Shown here one piece after another: positions 10,301 through 18,769 of a DNA stretch of 64,000 nucleotides. Made by a program: the position numbers and the translations under genes. The notes under the pieces were generated by a model that was not told the origin of the DNA, ran no database searches, and saw only the letters and a program-made list of their open reading frames with translations. This DNA is from Phycisphaerales bacterium (GTDB lineage: Bacteria; Planctomycetota; Phycisphaerae; WQYP01). The stretch is from NCBI GenBank assembly GCA_027451365.1, contig DAIDJN010000058.1, forward strand, positions 96,001-160,000, read 5' to 3'. Each line of letters begins with the position of its first letter. The stretch's first letter is position 1.

Positions 10301-10774
10301 CTGCACCAGCAAATCCCATAGTCCCGTCCTAATGTGGGCATATGCGATTGCCGCATCGCGGGCATTTAACCCCGGTTCGCGGGCCAGCAACTCGTTCCAG
10401 TTCCGTTGTACCGTCGGCCAGAATGAATGAACATCCAGCGAACGACCCACGGTCTCATTAACCTTATTAAACTCCTTCATTTTCAGGTTAATTTTGTCGG
10501 TCAGAATCAGGAGTTTTGTGGCCGCGGCTGAATTTCCCGCAGCGGCTGACTTGTACAATAGATAGTGCCGTTCCACGAGGTTCAATAATGGAATTAAGGG
10601 CCTGGCGAAAACCGCCCAACGATGTTCCTGCGTGGCAACCTCAATACGTTGTGTCTGAGATTCAAAGAATCCAAATAGCGGTACGGCAATCGCCATCAGG
10701 ATGGCGCAGCCCACCAAAATGAATTTTGTGGGGTGCGCCAGCCTTCGCATAAAGGCTGTCAGCGGGTCTCGCAT
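7373..10774 (-). CDS. Membrane-bound diguanylate cyclase/phosphodiesterase (periplasmic sensor-GAF-PAS-GGDEF-EAL)
   Basis: Two TM segments flank a periplasmic domain. Motifs: HDSLTGLPNR, RSED..RLGGDEF, GAEALVRW, DDFGTGYSSL, AEGVE, IQGY. Confidence 0.92.
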   Translation of the reverse strand: MRDPLTAFMRRLAHPTKFILVGCAILMAIAVPLFGFFESQTQRIEVATQEHRWAVFARPLIPLLNLVERHYLLYKSAAAGNSAAATKLLILTDKINLKMKEFNKVNETVGRSLDVHSFWPTVQRNWNELLAREPGLNARDAAIAYAHIRTGLWDLLVQASYYAHLSQDRHQATRSEIELMRIDLPTLLHRLARLRELFSDPSTANAGWRENYQQAMQLASQIRWSSVAAIVQDAGKTFTDQPKLTNDFARPLQNIQISSNAILRMLEVPPPASRFRAIQQARLMKDANAMSNAASTLAVRCITSMVQQFKDRIDSLRLELFYKLGIILIVTALTAFLFVAMYRSLTGAILERLSTEKRLRYVKDMYAALSQINSLIAQRRAQDTLLTEICENTVKAGRFELAFIGFQDKLVDMPRTAASAGKAVGFLTGLTTSGASAPHVDEENILESNLIQDRLSAGNSLPVLEAVATGEPIIINDLFASSNNPSILGRLEFFSLRAVAAFPVRRRGTAVGALVIYSARKDAFDDQFRTLLTEIANSISFALDDLDRENLRRAAEQALRDSEQRYHLVMEGAGDAIILMEESGKIVEVNRRAVEQFGYSRDALLGMHGSELFPPEVQAEVKARYDRLVQTGERIDSTSTAMRRDQRTFPMDIVESRVELQGKCLMLAIFRDISERKAAEERIHYLAYHDSLTGLPNRTLLIDRLEQAIRQAHRHNAMLGVIFIDLDNFKTVNDTLGHEFGDELLQGAAMRIRSALRSEDTVARLGGDEFIVLISDPKTTQDVAYVAAKIIESMAVPFIISGHTFHITCSIGMSVYPRDGKDSGVLMRTADEALYQVKKEGRNHAAFHTPEMHAAALEYVRMENDLREALKGNQFLLHYQPQVDLQTGKIIGAEALVRWLHPQRGLVPPTKFIALAEEKGIILPLGTWILEEACRQTRAWQRDGVPVVPVSVNLSPLQCREVTLAHTVRRVLRETGLNPALLELEITESTLMAQTETLRARMIEIKNLGIRFSLDDFGTGYSSLSYLTRFPIDTLKIDRSFVRDMIDDPKDLAVVDTIVDLADNLQLRTVAEGVEKMEQITLLKLLGCHSIQGYYFSRPVPADDFQRMLSDDTRLNTSAPDAAAGTETSSRTN

Positions 10775-11329
10775 TCGTCAACCATCCTTAATTAACCATG
10801 TTATCGGCATTTGTGACCGATTAACATAAAATTTGCGAAAAAGCGAAAATTCCCTTTTTCTATCGCGATTATACCGCAGCGAAGATATCTTTTTAGTATC
10901 TGCACATTTTTTTAATGGCGAATATTTCCTGGTGTTCCAGTCGCTTCACGGACCGATCACTTCCTGTGCCCTGGCCGTAAATCCGGTCCACGCTCGCGTC
11001 CAGCAAGTCTTGGTAATGTAACGTGCGACAACCGGCTAATTCTGTGACCGCTTCAAAGATTGCATTCGTCGGCGAGAATTGTCATAATGCATTCTGATGA
11101 GTCCCCGCAGGGGAAAAGAATCGGAGGTGTTCCGACATGCAGGGGTAGGCTTTCAAGCCATACCAGAAAACCGCGACGCTGGCGTCCAATACAATTTTTC
11201 ATAGCTCAAACTGCTATTTTTGCTTTTATCTTTCATTTCGAGCGGAAAAAAAATTGGGTTGCTGTATCGCGGTTTTTTTACGCGCACCGCCAGCATCAGA
11301 ACTCCACCAAGGCGAGCCAATAAGGTGTG

Positions 11330-11361
11330 AAAAAAAATGGGTTCCATTTCTGGAACCCATT
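11330..11361 (-). terminator. Intrinsic terminator of the rplM-rpsI operon
   Basis: Minus-strand hairpin AATGGGTTCCA-GAAA-TGGAACCCATT running into a T tract, about 90 nt after the rpsI stop. Confidence 0.85.
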
Positions 11362-11450
11362 GTCAGTCGAAAATAAACATTGAAGCGGGCCTTTTCCGCC
11401 ATAATTGAATCGCCGGCGGCAATAGCCAGCCAAGGGCCGCGATAACTGTA

Positions 11451-11924
11451 TCAACGTTTGCTGAACTGGAAGGCCCTACGTGCACCGCGCAGACCATACT
11501 TTTTACGTTCCTTCATGCGGCTGTCGCGTGTAAGGAACCCGGAATCCTGAAGCGGCTTGTGAAGGGTTGCGTCAAAAAGTGTCAGTGCCCGGCCCAAACC
11601 CTGAACAATCGCGCCGGCCTGGCCGGAATAGCCGCCGCCCTGAACATTCACAAAAATATCCAGTTTGTCAGTTGCGTTTGCTGTCGCAAGGGGGGCCATT
11701 ACCGCGGAGCGGTCCTTGGCTTCACGAAAGAATTCATCCAGTTTGCGGTCGTTTACCAAAAAAGCGCCCTGTCCGGCAACGATTCTTACCCGTGCCACGG
11801 AACTCTTCCGGCGACCGGTCCCCAGAAAAAAGGTTTTGCCAGCGACCACCACGGTATGTCTGGCGCGGCGAGCTTCAGCTTCAATTGCAAATGCGGATTC
11901 TGGTTTTGGGGATGTTTCCGTCAT
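11451..11924 (-). CDS. rpsI: 30S ribosomal protein S9
   Basis: GTGRRKSSVARV, GGGYSGQAGA, GFLTRDSRMKERKKYGLRGARRAFQFSKR. Confidence 0.98.
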   Translation of the reverse strand: MTETSPKPESAFAIEAEARRARHTVVVAGKTFFLGTGRRKSSVARVRIVAGQGAFLVNDRKLDEFFREAKDRSAVMAPLATANATDKLDIFVNVQGGGYSGQAGAIVQGLGRALTLFDATLHKPLQDSGFLTRDSRMKERKKYGLRGARRAFQFSKR

Positions 11925-12031
11925 GGTTTTAACCTTTTTCTTATCGGCCCATTGGCCAAAACGAACTTCCAATTTTAAATTATTCCCGAACTGTCGGCAG
12001 TCCGGATTCTTTCAGCCTGTCCTGTCATGTA

Positions 12032-12532
12032 TTAAAGTTTCAGGGTCAGGGCTTCCGGCTTCTGTGCTACATGCGGATGGTCGGCATCTTTGTAGCATTT
12101 AAGCTTGCGAAGCATCTGGCCGCCCATAGTGGTTTTTGGAAGCATCCGACGTACCGCCATCCGGAACATTGTGTTTGGATGCTTTTGCGTCATTTCCAGC
12201 ATGGTTTTGACGCGGCGCCCGCTTGTATAATAGGTGTAATAGTCGTATTCGCGTTGGACGAGCTTGCGACCGCTCACTTTAATTTTGCTGGTGTTGATGA
12301 CGACGATAAAATCGCCCACATCCACGGTTGGAGTATAAGTCGCTTTATGTTTCCCCATAAGCCGGGTCGCAATGGCGCTGGCCAGGCGGCCGAGTGTCTG
12401 GTCCGCGGCATCCACCACAAACCAGCGATTATCCGTATGGCCTACGCGAGCCAGCGTGGTGGTACCGGTTGTGGTTCTAATCCGCACGCTGGGGCGGGTG
12501 GACTTGGGTTTAGCTGTGGCAACAGTGCTCAT
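12032..12532 (-). CDS. rplM: 50S ribosomal protein L13
   Basis: WFVVDAADQTLGRLAS, GKHKATYTP, AVRRMLPK, HPHVAQKP. Lies upstream of rpsI; start taken as MSTVATAK. Confidence 0.97.
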   Translation of the reverse strand: MSTVATAKPKSTRPSVRIRTTTGTTTLARVGHTDNRWFVVDAADQTLGRLASAIATRLMGKHKATYTPTVDVGDFIVVINTSKIKVSGRKLVQREYDYYTYYTSGRRVKTMLEMTQKHPNTMFRMAVRRMLPKTTMGGQMLRKLKCYKDADHPHVAQKPEALTLKL

Positions 12533-12776
12533 AGTATTGTTTCGCTCTTTAACGTACGCTTGTATCAACATTCCGCCAGCCCTTGCCCCGCAGGTTCGGT
12601 ACCTTTCCGGTTGCCGTCCATTAAGGTGAAGGGCTATTTCCAGCCAATCTGGAAAACTCTTCAATATACGAATTTTTGAAAATTTGTCAATGGCTGCCGA
12701 AGTCGTTTTTCGGGCATTTCGCCAGCGGGCCGGTCTGGGCACACGCCTGCCTGGCCAGGTCCCCGCCTTTATCTGG

Positions 12777-13565
12777 TTATGACCCGGTTTTCAGTGCCAT
12801 TCCGCCGGTTGCCGAATGTTTCAGCCAAGCTCGCCAAGGTCCGGGATGTTGGGGGAGGCTTTGGCCAGTGAGCCGGTGCAGAGAATCCCAAGCCGCCTGC
12901 ACTACCGCCACATTGCGGTTGTCCAAGGCTTCAATTAACGAACGCAACACCGGTTGGGCGTGATACAGTCCTAGGGCCTGCGCACAATACACGCGCACCT
13001 GAATGTCGCTGTCGGCGGCCAGACGGTCGCGCAGGGGGGCCACCGCCAAGGGATTTATCACATGAGTCAGCCCCATAGCCGCACACATGCGGACAAAGCT
13101 GGAAGGATCAGAAAGTCCGGTAATAAGCGTCGGCGCGACCGATGGATCGCCCGATGTTCCCAAAGCCATCAGCGCCTGACCGCGAACCATAGGATTAGGC
13201 GCAGTGGCCGCCAGTTGATACGCTTTCATATAAGCTTTGTCGTGGCCAAATTTCTGGGTGGAAATATACGCAATCGCCGCCCGCTGTGCATCCGGATCAT
13301 CGGAGTTAAACATTTGAGCGGCTTCATAGGTTAACGGCTTTTTGCCGTGGCCGGTTATTTTATCCAGCCAGCTTTGCATGGTGCCATTAAAACCTGTTGA
13401 TTTGCCATTGTCTGAATCTGAACTGCATCCCGCGGAAAAGCCGGCCACCACAAGGCCCAGCAACGCACAACGGATAATGCCGCCGGGGCGCAGGACTAAT
13501 TTCTTGTGCCCGGCGGCGCATTTGCGGCCGATGGTTGTGTTGTTGTGCTCGCCGGGATGTATCAT
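12777..13565 (-). CDS. HEAT-repeat lipoprotein
   Basis: Signal peptide with lipobox FSAG-C and repeated VR..A..ALG HEAT_2-type motifs. Overlaps the murI stop (ATGA). Confidence 0.75.
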   Translation of the reverse strand: MIHPGEHNNTTIGRKCAAGHKKLVLRPGGIIRCALLGLVVAGFSAGCSSDSDNGKSTGFNGTMQSWLDKITGHGKKPLTYEAAQMFNSDDPDAQRAAIAYISTQKFGHDKAYMKAYQLAATAPNPMVRGQALMALGTSGDPSVAPTLITGLSDPSSFVRMCAAMGLTHVINPLAVAPLRDRLAADSDIQVRVYCAQALGLYHAQPVLRSLIEALDNRNVAVVQAAWDSLHRLTGQSLPQHPGPWRAWLKHSATGGMALKTGS

Positions 13566-14464
13566 GATTGTCTTTCCATTTCCGGGTGTTCCGGATGTTC
13601 AAGGAGTTCCGGATCCACCCATATGGGGCTGCCGATTGCGCCACCTAGAAAACGGTTGGCCAGGCTTTCAAACCGTTGGCCCTGATCCGTCACGTAACAG
13701 GTCAGCGAACCTGACTGAATTACCGTTCCCGCGGCCGTTTCGGCCGCAGCCATTGTAGCCAGTCGCCGCTTAACTACCAAGGCCGTTTGATCAGCGGAAT
13801 CAATTAATTCGGTGTTGCTTCCCATGAATGCGGCCACCGCGTCTTCCAATATCGGATAATGGGTACAGCCCAATATTAAGGCCTGCGGGCGAAGGGCCTT
13901 TAGCGGTGCAAGGTAATCTTCCAGAACGGCCTTCACAATCAGGCTGTTCGCCGCCCGGCCTTCTTCAATCAGTGGCACCAGCAGCGGGCAGGCACGGCCA
14001 GCCACATGTATTCCGCGGTCCAGCCGGGCTATGGCCTGGGTATAGGCTTGGCTGGCAATTGTGGCTTCAGTTGCAATCAGACCGATGGCGCAATCCCCGG
14101 TTGGATGGTTGCGCCGTGCGGCTGCCACTGCCGCGTAGGCTCCGGGTTCAAGAACGCCAATCACCGGAACCGGAAAACATTCCGGTAGTGTGGCCATGGC
14201 GGTGGCGCTGACAGTATTGCACGCAACCACCAGCGCCTTGGGGCGAAACTGCATCAGAAATTGCAGGCATTGCCGGGCAAACAGCAGCACGGTTCGCGGA
14301 GATTTTGTTCCATAGGGCAGCCTCGCCGTGTCGCCAAAGTAAATGATGGATTCCTGAGGCAAATGCCGCCTAAGCGCCCGCACCACGGTAAGCCCGCCAA
14401 GGCCGGAATCAAATACGCCAATCGGGGCCAGGAAATCTGTTGGGCGGTCTTGGGGCATTGGCAT
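13562..14464 (-). CDS. murI: Glutamate racemase
   Basis: IGVFDSGLGGLTV, GDTARLPYG, VACNT, LGCTHYP. Confidence 0.97.
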   Translation of the reverse strand: MPMPQDRPTDFLAPIGVFDSGLGGLTVVRALRRHLPQESIIYFGDTARLPYGTKSPRTVLLFARQCLQFLMQFRPKALVVACNTVSATAMATLPECFPVPVIGVLEPGAYAAVAAARRNHPTGDCAIGLIATEATIASQAYTQAIARLDRGIHVAGRACPLLVPLIEEGRAANSLIVKAVLEDYLAPLKALRPQALILGCTHYPILEDAVAAFMGSNTELIDSADQTALVVKRRLATMAAAETAAGTVIQSGSLTCYVTDQGQRFESLANRFLGGAIGSPIWVDPELLEHPEHPEMERQS

Positions 14465-14661
14465 CCTGCGGTTGGAGTTCAGGTGACCGTTGGGCCGGCT
14501 TTAGCATGACCGGCGCAGCCACAATGGCCCGCATATTATCCGCCAGGCCCGATGCGTGAAAGCGATCGTTGACGGACTTTGAATTTTTTGGAAGCTGAAA
14601 GCCGCGATGAATCAGGCCGGGTGATAGCGAAATTTCCCCTGCCGTGTAAAATACCGGGTCT

Positions 14662-15825
14662 ATGGCAACGTTAACCTATCGTACCGCTGGTGAATCCCAT
14701 GGACCTGCCCTGATCAGCATTATTGAAGGGCTGCCGGCCGGCATGCCATTGGATGTTGATTTTATTAACAGCGAACTGCGCCGCCGGCAGGGGGGCTATG
14801 GCCGTGGCGGACGCCAGCGCATTGAAACAGACACGGTGACTTTTCTTTCCGGCGTGCGGCGGTCCAAGGCAATTGGTTCGCCGCTGGTGGTGCAAATTGC
14901 CAATAAGGACAGCCGCCTGGATGAAACCCCCGCGCTGGTCAAACCGCGTCCCGGTCATGCCGACCTGGCCGGCGCCACCAAATGGCTGACCACCGATTGT
15001 CGCGAAACACTGGAACGCGCCAGTGCGCGGGAAACAGCCAACCGGGTTGCCGTCGGGGCCATTGCCCGCTGCCTGCTGAATCAATTTCAAATTGATGTGG
15101 TTGGCTTTGTGGTGCGGATAGCCGGCGTTACCGCGGACGTTGCGGAAAACAGCAGCCCGCAAGACCTTCGCCAGGCGGCTCTGGAAAGTGAAGTGTACTG
15201 CCCGGATTCCGCCGCGTCGGCCCGTATGATTGAAGCCATAAAAAACGCTAAAATTGAAGGCGACACCCTTGGCGGAATTGTAGAAACCCGTGTGTACGGC
15301 TGCCCGATTGGCCTGGGCAGTTGTACCCACTGGGACTGGAAACTGGACAGCCGCATTGCCGCGGAAGTCATGGGTATTCAGGCCATCAAGGGTGTGGAAA
15401 TCGGCATGGGGTTCCGCACGGCCGAACTGCCCGGTTCGCAGGTGCATGATCCTATTCTTTTTGATTCCGCGTTGCGGGCCACCCCGTGCCTTGGTTTCAC
15501 GCGGCCCACCAACAATGCCGGCGGCCTGGAAGGCGGCATGACCAACGGCCAGCCCGTGGTGGTGCGAGCCGCCATGAAACCGATCAGCACGCTGCTGAAA
15601 AAAGTAATGCCCAGTGTGAATCTGAACACCAGGGAAGCGGGCAAAGCCGATTACGAACGTTCAGATGTATGCGCCGTTTCCGCCGCCGGGGTGGTGGTTG
15701 AAAATGTGGTAGCTTTTGAAATTGCCCGTGCGATGGTGGAAAAATTCGGTGGCGATTCATTGACCGAAATGCGCAACAACTACGACAACTTCCTCGCCGC
15801 CGCCCGCAAGCTCGGCGCGCCGTGA
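14662..15825 (+). CDS. aroC: Chorismate synthase
   Basis: TAGESHG, RPGHAD, ERASARETA, NNAGGLEGGMTNG, KPIST, ERSD. Confidence 0.98.
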   Translation: MATLTYRTAGESHGPALISIIEGLPAGMPLDVDFINSELRRRQGGYGRGGRQRIETDTVTFLSGVRRSKAIGSPLVVQIANKDSRLDETPALVKPRPGHADLAGATKWLTTDCRETLERASARETANRVAVGAIARCLLNQFQIDVVGFVVRIAGVTADVAENSSPQDLRQAALESEVYCPDSAASARMIEAIKNAKIEGDTLGGIVETRVYGCPIGLGSCTHWDWKLDSRIAAEVMGIQAIKGVEIGMGFRTAELPGSQVHDPILFDSALRATPCLGFTRPTNNAGGLEGGMTNGQPVVVRAAMKPISTLLKKVMPSVNLNTREAGKADYERSDVCAVSAAGVVVENVVAFEIARAMVEKFGGDSLTEMRNNYDNFLAAARKLGAP

Positions 15826-15893
15826 CCAGAGCAAGGGCGGGGGGGAAGGTGTTGGAGATTGGGTGCGGGTGGGAAACGAGAATTTTGTGCGCG

Positions 15894-16604
15894 TCAATCG
15901 CGCGAAAAACCAGCCCGTTTGCGATGGCTCGCCAGAAACGCCAAGGCTGGGCTAAAATCACGCGGCGGACGAAATTGCGTCTGGCCTGCAAGTATTGATG
16001 ATATCAGCGTGCTTTTTGCGGGTCGGCGCAAAATATTAAATCGATTATCCATCGCAAAATATCCATATTCAAACAGCGGATCGTGCACGCGACACATGCA
16101 GATGACATTGTGCAGATTCGCCCTGTTGGGAACATCGTCCGCCCATCTGGAAATATGGGCGGCTACCAGCATCCCCTCATCGCTTATGTCGCAAAACGCG
16201 CAGGAGTTTTCATAGTATTCCAGAGTCATTTCGCGAATCTTTTCCTGGCCCCGACGCTGGCGCTTAAGCTGCAGAACGTCGCTTGCGGCTATATCAGGCA
16301 TGGCGAGTTTGCCGTGCTCAATCGCCAACCGGAGGGCATTGTCCGGCAGGTCTTCGGCAGCAACATCAACTGGAGAATCCAAAAGCAAATATTGTCCCCG
16401 TTGCAGGAATTCAAGCACGTGCTGGTCGCGTAATTCCTGGAGTACGCGGCTGAAAGTTTGCTCTGGCGTTGCACCGCCGCCGTGACTGTCCGCAATAATT
16501 TGCCGCATCTCCCCTCGCCATAGTTCCTTGCGATAGAAAATACGACTTTTGTTTCGCAGGCAATATCGCCGCAGTGCTTGAAGAACCGCGCGCTTCCAGG
16601 TCAT
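15894..16604 (-). CDS. Winged-helix (DpnI C-terminal-like) + HNH endonuclease; putative modification-dependent restriction enzyme
   Basis: N-terminal SRVLQELRDQHVLEFLQRGQY. C-terminal HNH_2 pattern CAFC..LVAAHI..N..NVICMCRVHD.LFE.G. Confidence 0.75.
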   Translation of the reverse strand: MTWKRAVLQALRRYCLRNKSRIFYRKELWRGEMRQIIADSHGGGATPEQTFSRVLQELRDQHVLEFLQRGQYLLLDSPVDVAAEDLPDNALRLAIEHGKLAMPDIAASDVLQLKRQRRGQEKIREMTLEYYENSCAFCDISDEGMLVAAHISRWADDVPNRANLHNVICMCRVHDPLFEYGYFAMDNRFNILRRPAKSTLISSILAGQTQFRPPRDFSPALAFLASHRKRAGFSRD

Positions 16605-17081
16605 CGTGTTCGTCCTGATAATTAAGACAATTCTCTGTTTGTGAGAATCAAGATTGGTTTTGATTTATTTTACCGCGTTGATTTCCGAAAAGGCGCTGCT
16701 TACGCATTCATTCGTCAGTTCTACACCGATCTTCATTTTCATCTGCTTGGGCCTTTCCGAAGGAGACCTCGTTGTTTGCATGCGATATGGCAGAAAAACA
16801 ACCAGGGGACGCCAATGTCGCCGCCGCCCAGCGAATTCTTGATACCGAACATTACCATAACAGGATAATCTGGTTTAAACAAGATTGGTAAAAATAAATG
16901 CTTGACGACCCAGTCGATTTAACGGCTTTACGATTCAGTCCTTGGCGTGATGAATGACTCTCGCAAGTTGGTAATTTCATTTCGCGCTGCGCCATTGATG
17001 GTTTCCGAAAGGACGAAAAGCTTAACCCCGGCGGGCTGTTTTACCTGTCGCCCGGAATACTGTAAAATAGCGCAACCCACA

Positions 17082-17154
17082 GGGGACGTAGCTCAATTGG
17101 GAGAGCACTGCCTTTGCAAGGCAGGGGTTGCCGGTTCGATCCCGGTCGTCTCCA
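17082..17154 (+). tRNA. tRNA-Ala(TGC)
   Basis: GGGGACG/CGTCTCC acceptor stem, anticodon arm CTGCC-TTTGCAA-GGCAG, T-loop TTCGATC. CCA not encoded. Confidence 0.97.
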
Positions 17155-17362
17155 GTTCGTTGGAAATAAGCGAGTTTTACCAGGTACCGCAGCCGCACTT
17201 GCCGAGGGCGCGGCGTTGATGCGGGCGAAAGACCCTTGATTTGCAACGAGTTTCCGATTGGTGAGCAGGGGGGCGATCCTGAAGAATCGACCAAGCCTGT
17301 TGTTCTAAAGTTTTTGTAGCATGATTTCAGAACAAGGGTGCAAAAATTGCTACAATAGCATT

Positions 17363-17941
17363 ATGGTTAGGAAAGAGCCGCCCATTATAGCTTTTCCCTC
17401 GGCTAAAAGCTGGGAGGAATGGCTGGCTAAAAATCACAATCTTTCGTCCGGCATATGGCTGCGGTTCTTCAAAAAAACTTCCGGAGTTACTTCTGTTTCC
17501 TACGGCGAGGCTTTAGACGCAGCGCTCTGCTATGGCTGGATCGATGGCCAGATCAAGAAATACGATGAAAAGTCCTGGTTGCATAAATTTACGCCTCGCC
17601 GCCCACGAAGCTTGTGGTCGAATCGCAATAGAGAACACGTGGAGCGGCTTATTGCATCGGGCAAGATGCAAACCGCCGGGCTAAGGAAGATCAACGAGGC
17701 CAAAGAAGATGGCCGCTGGGAAGCCGCCTATGACTCCCCCAGCAAAATGACTGTTCCACAGGACTTTTTAGAGGAACTCGGCAAAAACAAGCAGGCCAAG
17801 GCGTTCTTTGCTACGCTCAACAAGGCAAATGTGTACGCGATTGCCTGGCGGTTACAAACTGCAAAAAAGCCAGAAACGCGCCAGAGGCGTCTGAAAATGA
17901 TGCTTGAAATGTTGGCAAAAGGAGAAAAGCTTCATGGTTAA
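17363..17941 (+). CDS. YdeI/OmpD-associated (bacteriocin-protection) family protein
   Basis: WEEWLAKNH, EALDAALCYGWIDG, FTPRRPRSLWS..N, AKKPETRQRR. Confidence 0.9.
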   Translation: MVRKEPPIIAFPSAKSWEEWLAKNHNLSSGIWLRFFKKTSGVTSVSYGEALDAALCYGWIDGQIKKYDEKSWLHKFTPRRPRSLWSNRNREHVERLIASGKMQTAGLRKINEAKEDGRWEAAYDSPSKMTVPQDFLEELGKNKQAKAFFATLNKANVYAIAWRLQTAKKPETRQRRLKMMLEMLAKGEKLHG

Positions 17942-18005
17942 ATACGTCACCTTTCTAAGGGGTAACTGTTTTGTCAGCATATCTGGGGATATTTCAGCTT
18001 TTCCG

Positions 18006-18170
18006 CCCTCACCGCACCCTCGGACGGCGTGAGCCGAATGCCTCTACCCGGTGAGGGAGAGAGGGACGCTTTCGGACAAGGCTCAGCGCTCGAAAAACGA
18101 ATAAAACCTTTGCAGCACAAGGGTAAAATGGGAATGCTACACTTCCCCCCGGGGGGGAAGGGTGAGGGGA
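18006..18170. repeat. Degenerate REP-like palindromes (CCCTCACC..GGGAGAGGG type)
   Basis: Inverted repeat CCCTCACCG (18006-14) / CGGTGAGGG (18049-57). Palindrome CTTCCCCCC-G-GGGGGGAAG (18142-60) followed by GGTGAGGGGA. Confidence 0.45.
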
Positions 18171-18769
18171 AGGCCGTCACCGGCTATTCCCAAGACGGAT
18201 TGTCCTTGAAAAAGTTCTTGAGAGCCGGCAACGGAGCGTCACTGGTTTGAATCTCAAGGTCTCCGCTCCATTTTAAAGTCAGCGTTTTCGCGCCCGCAAG
18301 TCGCAATCCGCATCGGTTCGATATGTCATAAGCCCGTTCGCCAGAATATTAACTGCGGCTTGATTAATGCTTTTGTTATGTGATCGCGCATAGTGGCGCA
18401 AGGCCTGATCAGTCCGCGCCGCTACGCCGCGAATGGTGTATTGTTTGCGGCCGTAAAAGGGCGTCCTTTTCCTGCCTGCATAAAAGCAAAATGTGCCCGC
18501 ATCGAAATGGGCGGGTAAACGTCATCAGGGTTGCAGGTAACTGACTTGCGGTGCTGCCTTTAAATCGCAATCGGTCATGTTTTTGCACACAATTGCTTTT
18601 GTCTCCACCATTGTCATAATATTGTTTATTATAGGTCGTGTATCATGGTGGCTACGCAGGGGAGTCAGGGGCGGGAAAAAGGTGGATAGAGTTTGACCGG
18701 TAACAAGCAGGGCGCTGCACAATCACGCCCGGATTGGTAAAGCGAGGGCCGCGAAGCAAGGATGCGGTT

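Noticed and set aside
11095..11122. Hammerhead-ribozyme-like CTGATGAG-TCCCC-GCA-GGGGA
   Set aside because: The required CGAAA after stem II is absent (it reads AAAGAA), and no convincing stems I/III were found.
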